Shown piece by piece: positions 9,833-18,792 of a stretch of 64,000 bases of DNA. Both the position numbers and the translations under genes were made by a program. The notes under the pieces are model-generated. The model was not told the DNA's origin. It did not search any database and saw only the letters and a list, made by a program, of their open reading frames with translations. The stretch spans positions 248,001 to 312,000 of the IMG/VR virus record IMGVR_UViG_3300011113_000640. One strand, given 5' to 3'. Every line of letters starts with the position of its first letter. The stretch's first letter is position 1.

Positions 9833-10908
9833 ATGTTATCCAACACTTGATCCACAATATATTCAACTTCTAAATCAGTTAGTTCGGGATACAAGGGCAA
9901 GGTCAACACTCTACGGGCCATGGCCGATGCCGCACTCAGCACGTCAGGTCCTGCCAAGTGCTGATAGGCCGGTAACTCGTGCAAGGGTTCTCGGTAGTGT
10001 ATCTTTGTTTCTATGCCGTGCAGGGCCAAATTACGTTGCAAGATATCGCGATTTGACACTTCAATCACAAACTTGTGATAGGCATGATGCTTGTGATTGC
10101 TTTCGTCGATAAGACTACGAGCCGCAGTGCCTTTGAGACGTTGCATCCAATAGCCACTGATCTTGGCTCTGCGCTCTTGCCAGGCATCAATATGTTGAGT
10201 TTTAACCAACATCTGAGCACAATCTGTTTCGCTCATACGACTGTTTGATCCGGTGTCCATGTGTGTGGGCTTGCCGTTGTTGCGAGAGCTACGGGCATAC
10301 TCCAAAAGATTAACATCGTCTGTGACAATGGCACCACCGTTGCCATAGTTGTTCAAGTTCTTCATAGGATCGAAGCTGATAGCGGCACTGTTGGCCACAC
10401 GCCTGCATCCATAACCCAACCAGTGCTGTGCAGCATCTTCTATGACCACTGCGGCATTGTTGTTGAGCCACTCATGTTTGTTGAGTGCATGTCCATACAA
10501 GCCCACGGCCACTAAGGCCTGTACACTCATGTTACGATCAATCTTGCGCAGATCCATGATGCCGTAGTAGTCGGTATCAACTATGACCACGTCCCAGCCC
10601 ACACGCATGAAAGCATTGATAGTGGCCGGATAGGTCATGGCCGGGACCAACACTCGGGGAGGATTGGGCCAGAACTTCTGCGACGCATAGTATTCGGCAA
10701 TGATCTCTAAAGCGTGGGTGCCCGAGTGACATGTGGCCGCATACTTGACACCATTTTTCTTGGCCAACCAGGATTCGAACTCAGCGGTGTAGTTTCCATC
10801 CATGAGATGACCAGACCTTAGGACCACATCAGTGACGTCTAAGATTTCATTGCGGAGATTATTATACTGTTTTTTTAGACCAGTAAACGGAATTGTCAAG
10901 CCATTCAT
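9829..10908 (-). CDS. DegT/DnrJ/EryC1/StrS PLP-dependent sugar aminotransferase
   Basis: SGTHAL, EDAAQ, SFDPMKNL (PLP Lys), GNGGA, LTLPLYP. Confidence 0.93.
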   Translation of the reverse strand: MNGLTIPFTGLKKQYNNLRNEILDVTDVVLRSGHLMDGNYTAEFESWLAKKNGVKYAATCHSGTHALEIIAEYYASQKFWPNPPRVLVPAMTYPATINAFMRVGWDVVIVDTDYYGIMDLRKIDRNMSVQALVAVGLYGHALNKHEWLNNNAAVVIEDAAQHWLGYGCRRVANSAAISFDPMKNLNNYGNGGAIVTDDVNLLEYARSSRNNGKPTHMDTGSNSRMSETDCAQMLVKTQHIDAWQERRAKISGYWMQRLKGTAARSLIDESNHKHHAYHKFVIEVSNRDILQRNLALHGIETKIHYREPLHELPAYQHLAGPDVLSAASAMARRVLTLPLYPELTDLEVEYIVDQVLDNI

Positions 10909-11842
10909 AGTATCGTTGGAAGCCTTCTTCAATGTCTACTTTGGGATCATAGCCAAAATCTCTACGAGCCGCATCTATATTTAATGCTCCGCGGCTGGGA
11001 AAATCTGCATCTTTGTCGCGCACTTCAACTGTGCCTTTTCCTACTATCTGCACAGCCAAGTTGGCAGCATCCAGCAGGCTCCATGAATGGCTCTTGGTTA
11101 TGTTATAGATGTTGTTGCCAGAGCAGTCGCTTAATGTCGCTGCAACAATACCAGTGGCAGCATCGTCAACATAGGTAAAATCCAAGGTTTCGCTGGCACC
11201 ATTTACTTTCAGCACACCACCGCGCATGGCTGTGAGCAAGAACTTGCTGATAACTCGATCTTCCACATCCAGTTCACCATACACAGCACTGGGACGTATG
11301 ATCACATGATCAAAGAATCCTCGTCGGCTGTAATCTTGCACCAGCCATTCACCGGCCAGCTTCATGATGCCATACTGTCCTTGCGGCCGGCATTCTGCGT
11401 CTTCACGCACATCGTCGGTAAAATCTCCGTAGACCATGCTTGAACTGATATAAACAAATCTCTTTACGTCATAATTTTTTGAAGCTTCTAACAAGTTGAG
11501 TAGACCCTGACTCATGGTCTGGCTGCCTAGTTGTGGATTTACATTCACAACCTTTTGTCTAGGAAAACTAGCCAGGTGGATGACTGCGTCGGGTTGATGA
11601 GTGCGCATGATCCAATCTATGCCATCTTGATCGGTGATGTCCATGCTGTAGATTCTGTCAGTAGAGATCTTGCGTCTGCGCTCAACCATCAAATAATCTA
11701 ATTCTTCTTGAGGTATTAGCCCATAGGTAGTCTTGGTGTCAACGATGATCACACGGTGACCCTGTTGTTCTAGTCTAGCTGCCACATTGTGCCCAATAAG
11801 TCCTAGGCCACCTGTTACCAGGATTGTTCTTGTTGATTCCAT
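10862..11842 (-). CDS. NAD-dependent nucleotide-sugar epimerase/dehydratase
   Basis: TGGLGLIG, SSSMVYG, YGIMK (YxxxK). Confidence 0.93.
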   Translation of the reverse strand: MESTRTILVTGGLGLIGHNVAARLEQQGHRVIIVDTKTTYGLIPQEELDYLMVERRRKISTDRIYSMDITDQDGIDWIMRTHQPDAVIHLASFPRQKVVNVNPQLGSQTMSQGLLNLLEASKNYDVKRFVYISSSMVYGDFTDDVREDAECRPQGQYGIMKLAGEWLVQDYSRRGFFDHVIIRPSAVYGELDVEDRVISKFLLTAMRGGVLKVNGASETLDFTYVDDAATGIVAATLSDCSGNNIYNITKSHSWSLLDAANLAVQIVGKGTVEVRDKDADFPSRGALNIDAARRDFGYDPKVDIEEGFQRYYEWLDNSVYWSKKTV

Positions 11843-12069
11843 TTTAAGTAATACTCCGTTGCTAATTTGTCCTCTACTTCACCATACACAATAACTCGTG
11901 TTCCAAATGTGTGTGGGTCAGGACGGATAATGTATTGTGGATCTGTACAGTTCGCTCTGATCCATTGTCCTTTTTCAGTCTCCATGAATTCGCCCAAGGG
12001 CAAGGCTGCATATATTTCAGGATCATCAACATCGCCCATGCCAAAACTGTGGAAGGTTATCTTAGGCAA
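11815..12069 (-). CDS. Small hypothetical protein, distant member of the 'F/Y.L.W' C-terminal family
   Basis: Ends DKLATEYYLKW; TTG start abuts upstream stop. Confidence 0.7.
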   Translation of the reverse strand: MPKITFHSFGMGDVDDPEIYAALPLGEFMETEKGQWIRANCTDPQYIIRPDPHTFGTRVIVYGEVEDKLATEYYLKWNQQEQSW

Positions 12070-12543
12070 TTATTGTTTCAATGCCTTGATGGTTTCTGCT
12101 TCTACCACACGTCGACGTAAACTACTACTGGAGAATGAATGATCTCTACCGTTGAATACAATTTCAATGCCACGCTGATAGCATTCTTGTCGCCCACTGT
12201 AGTCCTTGTCCTCATACTCTACACCCAAGATTCGCACGTCCACGGGTAGAATCAACAACAAGTCTACCAGATCCTGTTCAGTCTGATATACCACTACTTC
12301 ATCCACATAACGACATGCGGCCAACTGTATCTGTCGTTCCACAATGCTTTGCACGGGTTTGTTTTTAGTGTCTGGGCGATCTATAGTGGGGTCAGTTTGC
12401 AAGCCACAGATAAGATAATCGCAGTGATTTTTGGCTTCTGATAGCATGGCGATATGCCCGGCGTGTAGCATGTCAAATGTGCTGAATGTGATACCGATCT
12501 TTTTGCCTTCGGCATGCAGTTGTTTGATGTGATTGAATATCAT
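12070..12543 (-). CDS. Cytidylyltransferase (TagD/RfaE-like HxGH family)
   Basis: TFDMLHAGH, ER, R..SFSSSSLR. Confidence 0.9.
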   Translation of the reverse strand: MIFNHIKQLHAEGKKIGITFSTFDMLHAGHIAMLSEAKNHCDYLICGLQTDPTIDRPDTKNKPVQSIVERQIQLAACRYVDEVVVYQTEQDLVDLLLILPVDVRILGVEYEDKDYSGRQECYQRGIEIVFNGRDHSFSSSSLRRRVVEAETIKALKQ

Positions 12544-12587
12544 AGTTGTATAATAACATGTTTAAGTAATAAACACAACCGTTTTGA

Positions 12588-13631
12588 CTAGACCAAATGC
12601 TGATAATTGTTGCACTGGCTAGTCAAATAATTTTCTAACTCCTTGCTGCGAAATCTATCTATATTGGCTAGTCGACGAGGCAAAGTCTCTTTCCAAATTC
12701 GCTCAACGTCCATGGTCATCACTTTATCGATCAAAGAATGAATCATGTCTATCCGGTAATTCAAATTGGTTTCTAGATCGTAACTGTGACCATCAAAAAT
12801 ATCATCAAACAAATCAAACCCACATGATCTAAGATGATCTACCGTTCCAGGATTGCCTAACCAAAGGCCAAACTGACCACTCATAAAAGGTTTCCAGGTC
12901 TTTTCGCTGATAAAAATAGTATCATTGAAGATAGAAGTTTCTGTAACTAAATTTATATAACTATCATTGAACGCAGGCAAATTTATCGAGTGAGGATCAT
13001 CATTCATTGAATCAACGGTTTCTGGTAGCATTGACTCAAATTCTTCAATTATATCTTTGTTGTAAAACGGTCTAGGACATTGATGTTTGACTGTTTTTTT
13101 GTCATACCAGTACCACATATGAAACAACAACTCTGCAAAGTAAGGTTTTTGTCGCAATTTAATAAAATTTTCAATACGATGATATCTTGCTATGTTATTC
13201 ATGCAAGAAATTTTATACTGTCGTGGCCGATCAGAAATTTCTCCAAGGTCATATGTGTACTTTTGCCATAAAAACAAATATGGTAAAAAACACACGTGTT
13301 TTTTTGGCTGTTGCAAATAGTTTATACCACCAGAGAGCACTATGAAATTATCGGTGTGTTGACTCAGTTGTTCAACGATACGATCTTCCCACGTTCTAAA
13401 CGGATCGCACGACATGTTGACAATTATAAAATCATCAACCATGTGCTGTTTTAGTTTTTCTGGGACTATGTTCCAACTGCGTCCTAGATCCACTAGCAAA
13501 TTAATATGCGTGGAATTTCTTAGCAATTTGCTCCAGGAACGATCAAGGTCAACACGGTTACAAATTCTTGCGGTATGGACTCCTAACCAAGGATCGTGTT
13601 TTACTGAGATGTTGTGATTAAAGGTTTCCAA
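12588..13631 (-). CDS. Putative glycosyltransferase-like 'ET..SEKT.KP' family protein
   Basis: LVTETS..FISEKTWKP..GFDLFDD..SYD; start uncertain. Confidence 0.6.
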   Translation of the reverse strand: METFNHNISVKHDPWLGVHTARICNRVDLDRSWSKLLRNSTHINLLVDLGRSWNIVPEKLKQHMVDDFIIVNMSCDPFRTWEDRIVEQLSQHTDNFIVLSGGINYLQQPKKHVCFLPYLFLWQKYTYDLGEISDRPRQYKISCMNNIARYHRIENFIKLRQKPYFAELLFHMWYWYDKKTVKHQCPRPFYNKDIIEEFESMLPETVDSMNDDPHSINLPAFNDSYINLVTETSIFNDTIFISEKTWKPFMSGQFGLWLGNPGTVDHLRSCGFDLFDDIFDGHSYDLETNLNYRIDMIHSLIDKVMTMDVERIWKETLPRRLANIDRFRSKELENYLTSQCNNYQHLV

Positions 13632-13920
13632 GCAGTTTATCTGTTTCGGGTTGGACCAGATTGGCCACAGCAGTGACATCTACCACAAAGTCTACGTCAC
13701 GAATCTGCTCGTTGTTTTCGTTGAAAAAACGGGTAAGCATGCTTTCAACTTCTTCCAATTCAAGACCTTGTTTTAATAAAGTATGAACATTTATGGTCTT
13801 TTGACGGCCACCACTCAGTTTAACAACAACTTTTTTTATGCACTCCAAGGGAACGTCAGTTTTGTTTACTTCGTTGACTATGCGTTCCCAGTGGTCTAAA
13901 AAGTCTTCATTGTGCAGCAT
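13618..13920 (-). CDS. Hypothetical protein
   Basis: 100-aa ORF overlapping both neighbours in operon. Confidence 0.75.
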   Translation of the reverse strand: MLHNEDFLDHWERIVNEVNKTDVPLECIKKVVVKLSGGRQKTINVHTLLKQGLELEEVESMLTRFFNENNEQIRDVDFVVDVTAVANLVQPETDKLLGNL

Positions 13921-14644
13921 CGGCCATCACTGACTTGGGTTTACGACCGCGTGCTTTGGGGGCAGGTGCGGCTTCAGTGACTGGAACTGCGGCCTTGGCA
14001 GAAACTGTGGGATCTAATTTCTCAGCTTCCTTCTTCATACGACCAGCTTCGGCGATCATGGAACGGGCGTTCTGTTCCATGGACTTGGCCTGTGACAGCA
14101 TGTTGGCAGCAATGTCTCTGTCAGATAGTGCACCATCCTGTCCAGCACGCAAGGGAGGAACCATACTGGCCACTGCTTCGCCCTTGGCAACCTGTGAGGC
14201 TTTGAATTCAGCTTCGGCTTTGCGCTTAACTTCGGGAGCAACCAGGCCACGGCTGGCATCATTCTCAGCCATTTTCTTGATAGCAGCTTCGCCGGTTTTC
14301 ATTTCGTTCAACATTTTGTTGAGTTCATCAAGACGAATGGTGGCTGTGGGTGTAGGTGTTACGATCACATCAGCTGTGCGTAGTTTTTTGATCATGCGCT
14401 CTTGATGCAAGGTGGCCAAGACAGCGCGACCATCGGGCAAGAAACTGCGATGCAAGGCATCAGCCAACTCTTCGCTTTGTTGAGCCACTTCGCTTTCCAA
14501 GGCTTTTTGTATAGAATCTTGCCAGTGTGCTGGCATGACTTCGGGATAGATCACCAAACACATGTGGTCTTCGCCAGGAACCTGACGGAACAGGATGCAG
14601 ACCTTGCGGTCTCCGTGTTTGCCTACGTGTTTCATAAATGCCAT
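13907..14644 (-). CDS. Hypothetical protein with Ala/Lys-rich helical C-terminus
   Basis: GGAG SD upstream; 245 aa. Confidence 0.85.
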   Translation of the reverse strand: MAFMKHVGKHGDRKVCILFRQVPGEDHMCLVIYPEVMPAHWQDSIQKALESEVAQQSEELADALHRSFLPDGRAVLATLHQERMIKKLRTADVIVTPTPTATIRLDELNKMLNEMKTGEAAIKKMAENDASRGLVAPEVKRKAEAEFKASQVAKGEAVASMVPPLRAGQDGALSDRDIAANMLSQAKSMEQNARSMIAEAGRMKKEAEKLDPTVSAKAAVPVTEAAPAPKARGRKPKSVMADAAQ

Positions 14645-14645
14645 G

Positions 14646-14849
14646 TTATTCTCCTTGGGATTGGTCTGCTTGAGCCTCTTGTTGCTCTTTGGCCTGTGCT
14701 ATGACCGCTTGTAAAAATGCTGACAGCTTGTCGTAGACCGCGCCTACCTGACTGACTTCTGCGCCGCGGAATGCACCACGTGTGCAGGCCAGGTCAATGA
14801 TGTTCTTGATGGTATCAAGATCTGCTATTGTAATTTGTTTGTCGTCCAT
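14646..14849 (-). CDS. Small hypothetical protein (MDDKQITIADL...)
   Basis: Start 5 nt after TAAATA late-type element at 14855-14860. Confidence 0.75.
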   Translation of the reverse strand: MDDKQITIADLDTIKNIIDLACTRGAFRGAEVSQVGAVYDKLSAFLQAVIAQAKEQQEAQADQSQGE

Positions 14850-14893
14850 GCAGATATTTACGATTGAGAACACACACGACTTTATTTTTGCCG

Positions 14894-14922
14894 CAAAAAA
14901 ACACCCCAAACTGGGGTGTTTT
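14894..14922 (-). terminator. Intrinsic terminator
   Basis: AAAACACCCCA-GTT-TGGGGTGTTTTTT hairpin plus U-tract on minus strand. Confidence 0.85.
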
Positions 14923-14938
14923 GGCTAAACTGACGGAG

Positions 14939-15109
14939 TTATTTGTTACGAAACCAGTAGTTGGCCCCAGCTACAAACCAGCAAAGCACAGCATTTACGT
15001 ACTGCTCCTGACCAAAGTAGATCAAGCCACTCATGATCATGGCACCAATGATGAACCAGGTTATTTCTACTGCGTTGGCCAAATACCAATGTCTAAAACG
15101 TTCAAGCAT
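14939..15109 (-). CDS. Small two-TM membrane protein
   Basis: Two hydrophobic stretches; lies between VWA gene and terminator. Confidence 0.7.
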   Translation of the reverse strand: MLERFRHWYLANAVEITWFIIGAMIMSGLIYFGQEQYVNAVLCWFVAGANYWFRNK

Positions 15110-16394
15110 GTGCTGTTTCCTTTTCATAGTAAGCATACTGACCCCAGGGAGGAACTACCGTCGTGTTACCATGAATAATCCATACCGTGTCGGCATAGTT
15201 TTCATCACCCCAGGATCCAAATGGGTAACCGTCTGTGAACACGACCAGGCGCTTGGGCTCGATCTGTTCTTCTTTCAAGTAGTTGTAGATAGCGTCAAAG
15301 TCTGTGCCACCACCACCCTTGACTTCATAATCGCAGATGCTGTCCAGGTTGTCACTGTTATATTGTGCTGGATTATACACTCCAGTATCAAAGGTAAAGA
15401 TATGGATCTTGTAGCTCTGGAACTGGTCCATGATACCCTGGGTTTCTGCCAAGAAGTCTCGCAACATGCGTTCATCAATCGACCCCGATGCATCAATGCC
15501 TATGGCAATATCGATCAGCTCGTCATTCTTCATACCGGGCATGACAGCGTCCATGTGCCAGCCACGTCGGCTGGCCCGCATCCAGGTAAAGTCACTCTTG
15601 ATGGTACTTTCCAACTGCATACGCAACAACTCACGCCAATTCATCTTGGGTGCAGTCATGTCTTGGATAAGACGTCGGACACCTGCTGGCAAGTTGCCAG
15701 CACCATCACTCGCCGCGGCTGCGGCTAGCACTGCTTCTTTGATTTCATCGCGGATCTTTTGACGCTCTTCGGCGCTCAGCTTGGGCTTCTTGCCTTTGCC
15801 ATCTTTTTCGTCACCGTCATCGTCCGTATCACTGTCACCTTCGCCATCCAGATGATCATCTAGGAGCTTGTCTATGAGATCACTCATGTTAATCTTTTCT
15901 GCATTTTCATACAGATCATCGTAAATCTCTTCACTACTCTTGCCTTCATATTTTGAATCATACAGGCAAGGAACTGATGTGATAAACTCGCCCACACGGT
16001 GTTTTTTCAAGTCGCCGTTGACAGCATAATCATTGGCCACATTGAACAGCATGGGATCACGATCACCTCTACGACCAAAATGATCATACACACAATGCAA
16101 GACCTCGTGACCAAACAAGAATTCGATCTCTTTGGGCTTGAGCATGTCAATGAATCTGCTATTGTAATAGAAATGACGACCATCTGTGGCCGCGGTGCCA
16201 CACCATTCGTCGGCATTGACTAGTTTGAGTCGAGTAGCCAAGTTACCAAAAAAACTGGCACGGAGCAATAATCCCACACGAGCTGTGATCAGTTTTTCAC
16301 GCACTTCACGGTCCAGTTTAGGATCCATGGGTCCAATCAAGTCTTTGAACTTGTCGGCTTCTTTCTTGTTCTGACTTGTAGCGGCTGTGCTCAT
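15102..16394 (-). CDS. DUF2201-type metallopeptidase-VWA protein
   Basis: TAATDG, HEVLH (HExxH), acidic linker, MIDAS DASGS, GGGGTDF, VFTDG. Confidence 0.92.
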   Translation of the reverse strand: MSTAATSQNKKEADKFKDLIGPMDPKLDREVREKLITARVGLLLRASFFGNLATRLKLVNADEWCGTAATDGRHFYYNSRFIDMLKPKEIEFLFGHEVLHCVYDHFGRRGDRDPMLFNVANDYAVNGDLKKHRVGEFITSVPCLYDSKYEGKSSEEIYDDLYENAEKINMSDLIDKLLDDHLDGEGDSDTDDDGDEKDGKGKKPKLSAEERQKIRDEIKEAVLAAAAASDGAGNLPAGVRRLIQDMTAPKMNWRELLRMQLESTIKSDFTWMRASRRGWHMDAVMPGMKNDELIDIAIGIDASGSIDERMLRDFLAETQGIMDQFQSYKIHIFTFDTGVYNPAQYNSDNLDSICDYEVKGGGGTDFDAIYNYLKEEQIEPKRLVVFTDGYPFGSWGDENYADTVWIIHGNTTVVPPWGQYAYYEKETAHA

Positions 16395-16423
16395 ACTGCT
16401 CCTATTATCTGACTGTATATAAT

Positions 16424-16452
16424 ATTATAGCAAAAACGGATTTATTGGTCAA
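16424..16452 (-). promoter_or_regulatory. Sigma70-type early promoter
   Basis: TTGACC-N17-TATAAT with TG extension. Confidence 0.85.
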
Positions 16453-16774
16453 CCGTGCAGTTATTTAGATATTTTAGCACAAACCAAGTTTGTTGGGCTT
16501 GATCATAGAAATCCAGGTGTATTTCCATCTGATGGGTATAACGACCAGACAAATCCCGACCAATGCTGAAAAGAAACTCATTTTCGTCATCGCTGTATTT
16601 TTCACTACAGGGCACCCAGGCCTTGTGTCTGCGCACAGTGAATCCCAACTCTCGCTTGCAAACATAACTGATCAACACACGGGTTCCGTGGTCAATTCCA
16701 AGTCGGTATTGTATGGGTTCCCAATCCTTGGGATCATGGAATATAATAAGGCCAGGTTTGATAGTTACTTTCAT
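16442..16774 (-). CDS. Small paralogue-array protein
   Basis: C-terminal LDFYDQAQQTWFVLKYL. Confidence 0.8.
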   Translation of the reverse strand: MKVTIKPGLIIFHDPKDWEPIQYRLGIDHGTRVLISYVCKRELGFTVRRHKAWVPCSEKYSDDENEFLFSIGRDLSGRYTHQMEIHLDFYDQAQQTWFVLKYLNNCTVDQ

Positions 16775-16980
16775 GGCAATCCTCGCACGGTGTCTATGGC
16801 CCTGCGAGCATACTGTTTAATCCGAGGTTCTTGACTCATGCGTTCTATGTCTTCTAATGCTGTCATCATGATTTCGGCTTCCTCGGCCATCTTGAAGCAA
16901 CGGTTTCGCAAGTTGCTGGCTTCGATCCATGATCCAATAGCACCAACCAATCTAGCGACAATGTAGGCCCAGTTGATCAT
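16771..16980 (-). CDS. Small hypothetical protein
   Basis: ATGA overlaps on both sides. Confidence 0.75.
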   Translation of the reverse strand: MINWAYIVARLVGAIGSWIEASNLRNRCFKMAEEAEIMMTALEDIERMSQEPRIKQYARRAIDTVRGLP

Positions 16981-17300
16981 GTGCCAAACTTCAACAAGAA
17001 CAAGGTATGCCTCTGTTCATCCAATATTTTATAGCGTAAATCCACACCTTCGGGCTGTATGGTCATTTCTATGCCATAAACTTCACGCAGGTATCCCGGA
17101 AAACTCATGTCATGAACACCAGACTTCCAACGCTGATCCCATTCCTGTTTGACTTTCATTAGACGTCGGTAGATATCTTGATTTTCACCCAATATGGTAT
17201 CAATCCTGGCTTCGGGTGTGGCATAGTATTCATCCTTGGCCTTGTCCACCAAGCGTTGGCCAAATTCATACACACGAGTTCGAATATCGTCTTTACTCAT
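16977..17300 (-). CDS. Small paralogue-array protein
   Basis: C-terminal YKILDEQRHTLFLLKF. Confidence 0.8.
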   Translation of the reverse strand: MSKDDIRTRVYEFGQRLVDKAKDEYYATPEARIDTILGENQDIYRRLMKVKQEWDQRWKSGVHDMSFPGYLREVYGIEMTIQPEGVDLRYKILDEQRHTLFLLKFGT

Positions 17301-17574
17301 CTTCCCACCACTTTATGGTCCGGGCACGCAGTTTGATCATGGTAAACTCACGATCATCCACACGACCTCTGTATATACCCCAGTGCGGTTTGACCAGGTA
17401 AACACCATTGGCATTCTCCAACCAAACTCTACGGCTATTGGACATGAAGTCGTCGTGCGTCTTGAAACACATGCGGCCGCCTTCGGCCGGAGAACAGTTG
17501 GGCATGCACCAAAGATGCCACTGTTCCAGGTTGGCTTTTTGAGTGCGTTCATCAAGTTCGTAGTAGTAGTTCAT
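17293..17574 (-). CDS. Small paralogue-array protein (divergent)
   Basis: C-terminal VDDREFTMIKLRA. Confidence 0.75.
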   Translation of the reverse strand: MNYYYELDERTQKANLEQWHLWCMPNCSPAEGGRMCFKTHDDFMSNSRRVWLENANGVYLVKPHWGIYRGRVDDREFTMIKLRARTIKWWEDE

Positions 17575-17801
17575 CGATCCCAGACCAATTTAAATGTAGT
17601 AGCGTCTCGGGCATCCTCAAATCTAAAAGCAAATCCTTCAGTTTTCTTCCAACCATGCAAGTGCCAACGACCATATCCTGGATGATGATCGCACCACTTG
17701 GTTATGGCATTAGGGCTACGGTCAGCGTTGTTTAACATGGTATCCCAGGAAATCACAACTTCAGTCCAGTCAGGTGGCGGCCATGTTTCTAACTGTGTCA
17801 T
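17571..17801 (-). CDS. Small paralogue-array protein
   Basis: KWC..H..GRW; C-terminal FRFEDARDATTFKLVW. Confidence 0.82.
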   Translation of the reverse strand: MTQLETWPPPDWTEVVISWDTMLNNADRSPNAITKWCDHHPGYGRWHLHGWKKTEGFAFRFEDARDATTFKLVWDR

Positions 17802-18010
17802 TCGAACCGCATCCTAAAAAACGTTTCCTGAGCAGGATCACGAAATATGAATCTGACCTCAGGATGTGCATGTGATGAGTCATCATAGCCGTCATAGGGA
17901 TCTGGTCTGTATTCCCAGGTAAAATCTTGATTGATTACCAAGCCAGCGATCAAGACCTGTTCCTTGAGATCCAGGGCCTGTTGTGCGTTTTGAACAAGAA
18001 TTCGTATCAT
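17798..18010 (-). CDS. Small paralogue-array protein
   Basis: C-terminal FIFRDPAQETFFRMRF; start at ATGA overlap. Confidence 0.8.
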   Translation of the reverse strand: MIRILVQNAQQALDLKEQVLIAGLVINQDFTWEYRPDPYDGYDDSSHAHPEVRFIFRDPAQETFFRMRFE

Positions 18011-18177
18011 GCCCACCTTAACATAAAAATCATATAGTCCGAATCCAAATCAAATTCAAATACACCTTCGCTAATGAACCGCCAGGTGCCTTCACAGTGA
18101 TCTCTACACCACTTGATACAAGGTGTCCAACCCACATACTTGGGACTATCAGGAGGCAATATGCTAGCCACTTTCAT
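18007..18177 (-). CDS. 56-aa paralogue-array protein missing from ORF track (MKVASILPPDSPKYVGWTPCIKWCRDHCEGTWRFISEGVFEFDLDSDYMIFMLRWA)
   Basis: Hand-translated; ATGA overlaps at both ends; family C-terminal motif. Confidence 0.85.
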   Translation of the reverse strand: MKVASILPPDSPKYVGWTPCIKWCRDHCEGTWRFISEGVFEFDLDSDYMIFMLRWA

Positions 18178-18392
18178 TCCCACCTCAATTTAAACAACAC
18201 AGCATGTCGCTCATCTCGGAACATGTAGGTGCTCTTGTAGTCTGTATATATGCTTTGAGCTGCTATGTCTTCGCCCAGCTTGTACCACTCCTGATCAAAC
18301 TCACCAATGTTTGCCCGGCACCAGTCGCACACTTCTGGCCAAGGGTGGCTGGTATAGCAGATGTATGGCCATTCAGGATCAGGCAGGCGCAT
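18174..18392 (-). CDS. Small paralogue-array protein
   Basis: DWCRANIG..W; C-terminal YMFRDERHAVLFKLRW. Confidence 0.82.
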   Translation of the reverse strand: MRLPDPEWPYICYTSHPWPEVCDWCRANIGEFDQEWYKLGEDIAAQSIYTDYKSTYMFRDERHAVLFKLRWE

Positions 18393-18723
18393 GCTGTCTC
18401 CACCGGAGTTCAAACATGGTCAGGGCTGGATCGCTGACGTAGATCCTGTATTCTTGATATCTACAACTCCAGGCCCAGTCGGTGTTGAGGTAGCTGAAAT
18501 CGTGGATGTCTATGTTCATACGCACCTTGCTGGCAACCATTTCTCTGCGGGTGTCTACTTCCTGGCTCCACCCGTAGGTTTCGTTGAACCATTTTCTAGC
18601 ACGGTCAAAGTCTAACACTCCTGTGCCCATGCCCCAGTCACGATTTTTATGGAATTCAATCATGTAGTTGAATTCTTCCCAGTAAGCGTATCTACGATCC
18701 AGTCGGGTAACGGTATAGTTCAT
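18379..18723 (-). CDS. Small paralogue-array protein
   Basis: C-terminal YRIYVSDPALTMFELRW. Confidence 0.8.
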   Translation of the reverse strand: MNYTVTRLDRRYAYWEEFNYMIEFHKNRDWGMGTGVLDFDRARKWFNETYGWSQEVDTRREMVASKVRMNIDIHDFSYLNTDWAWSCRYQEYRIYVSDPALTMFELRWRQHAPA

Positions 18724-18792
18724 ATGCAGTTAATCAAAGGCGGAAGGCTGTGAGACACAGCCTTGTTGAACCACAGCCTTCCGGGCCTATTC

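Noticed and set aside
15033-15762. Long plus-strand ORFs opposite the VWA gene (and similar ones at 13935, 18763, 36584, 40880, 41617, 50030, 51452, 62940)
   Set aside because: Antisense shadows of well-supported genes with no motifs of their own
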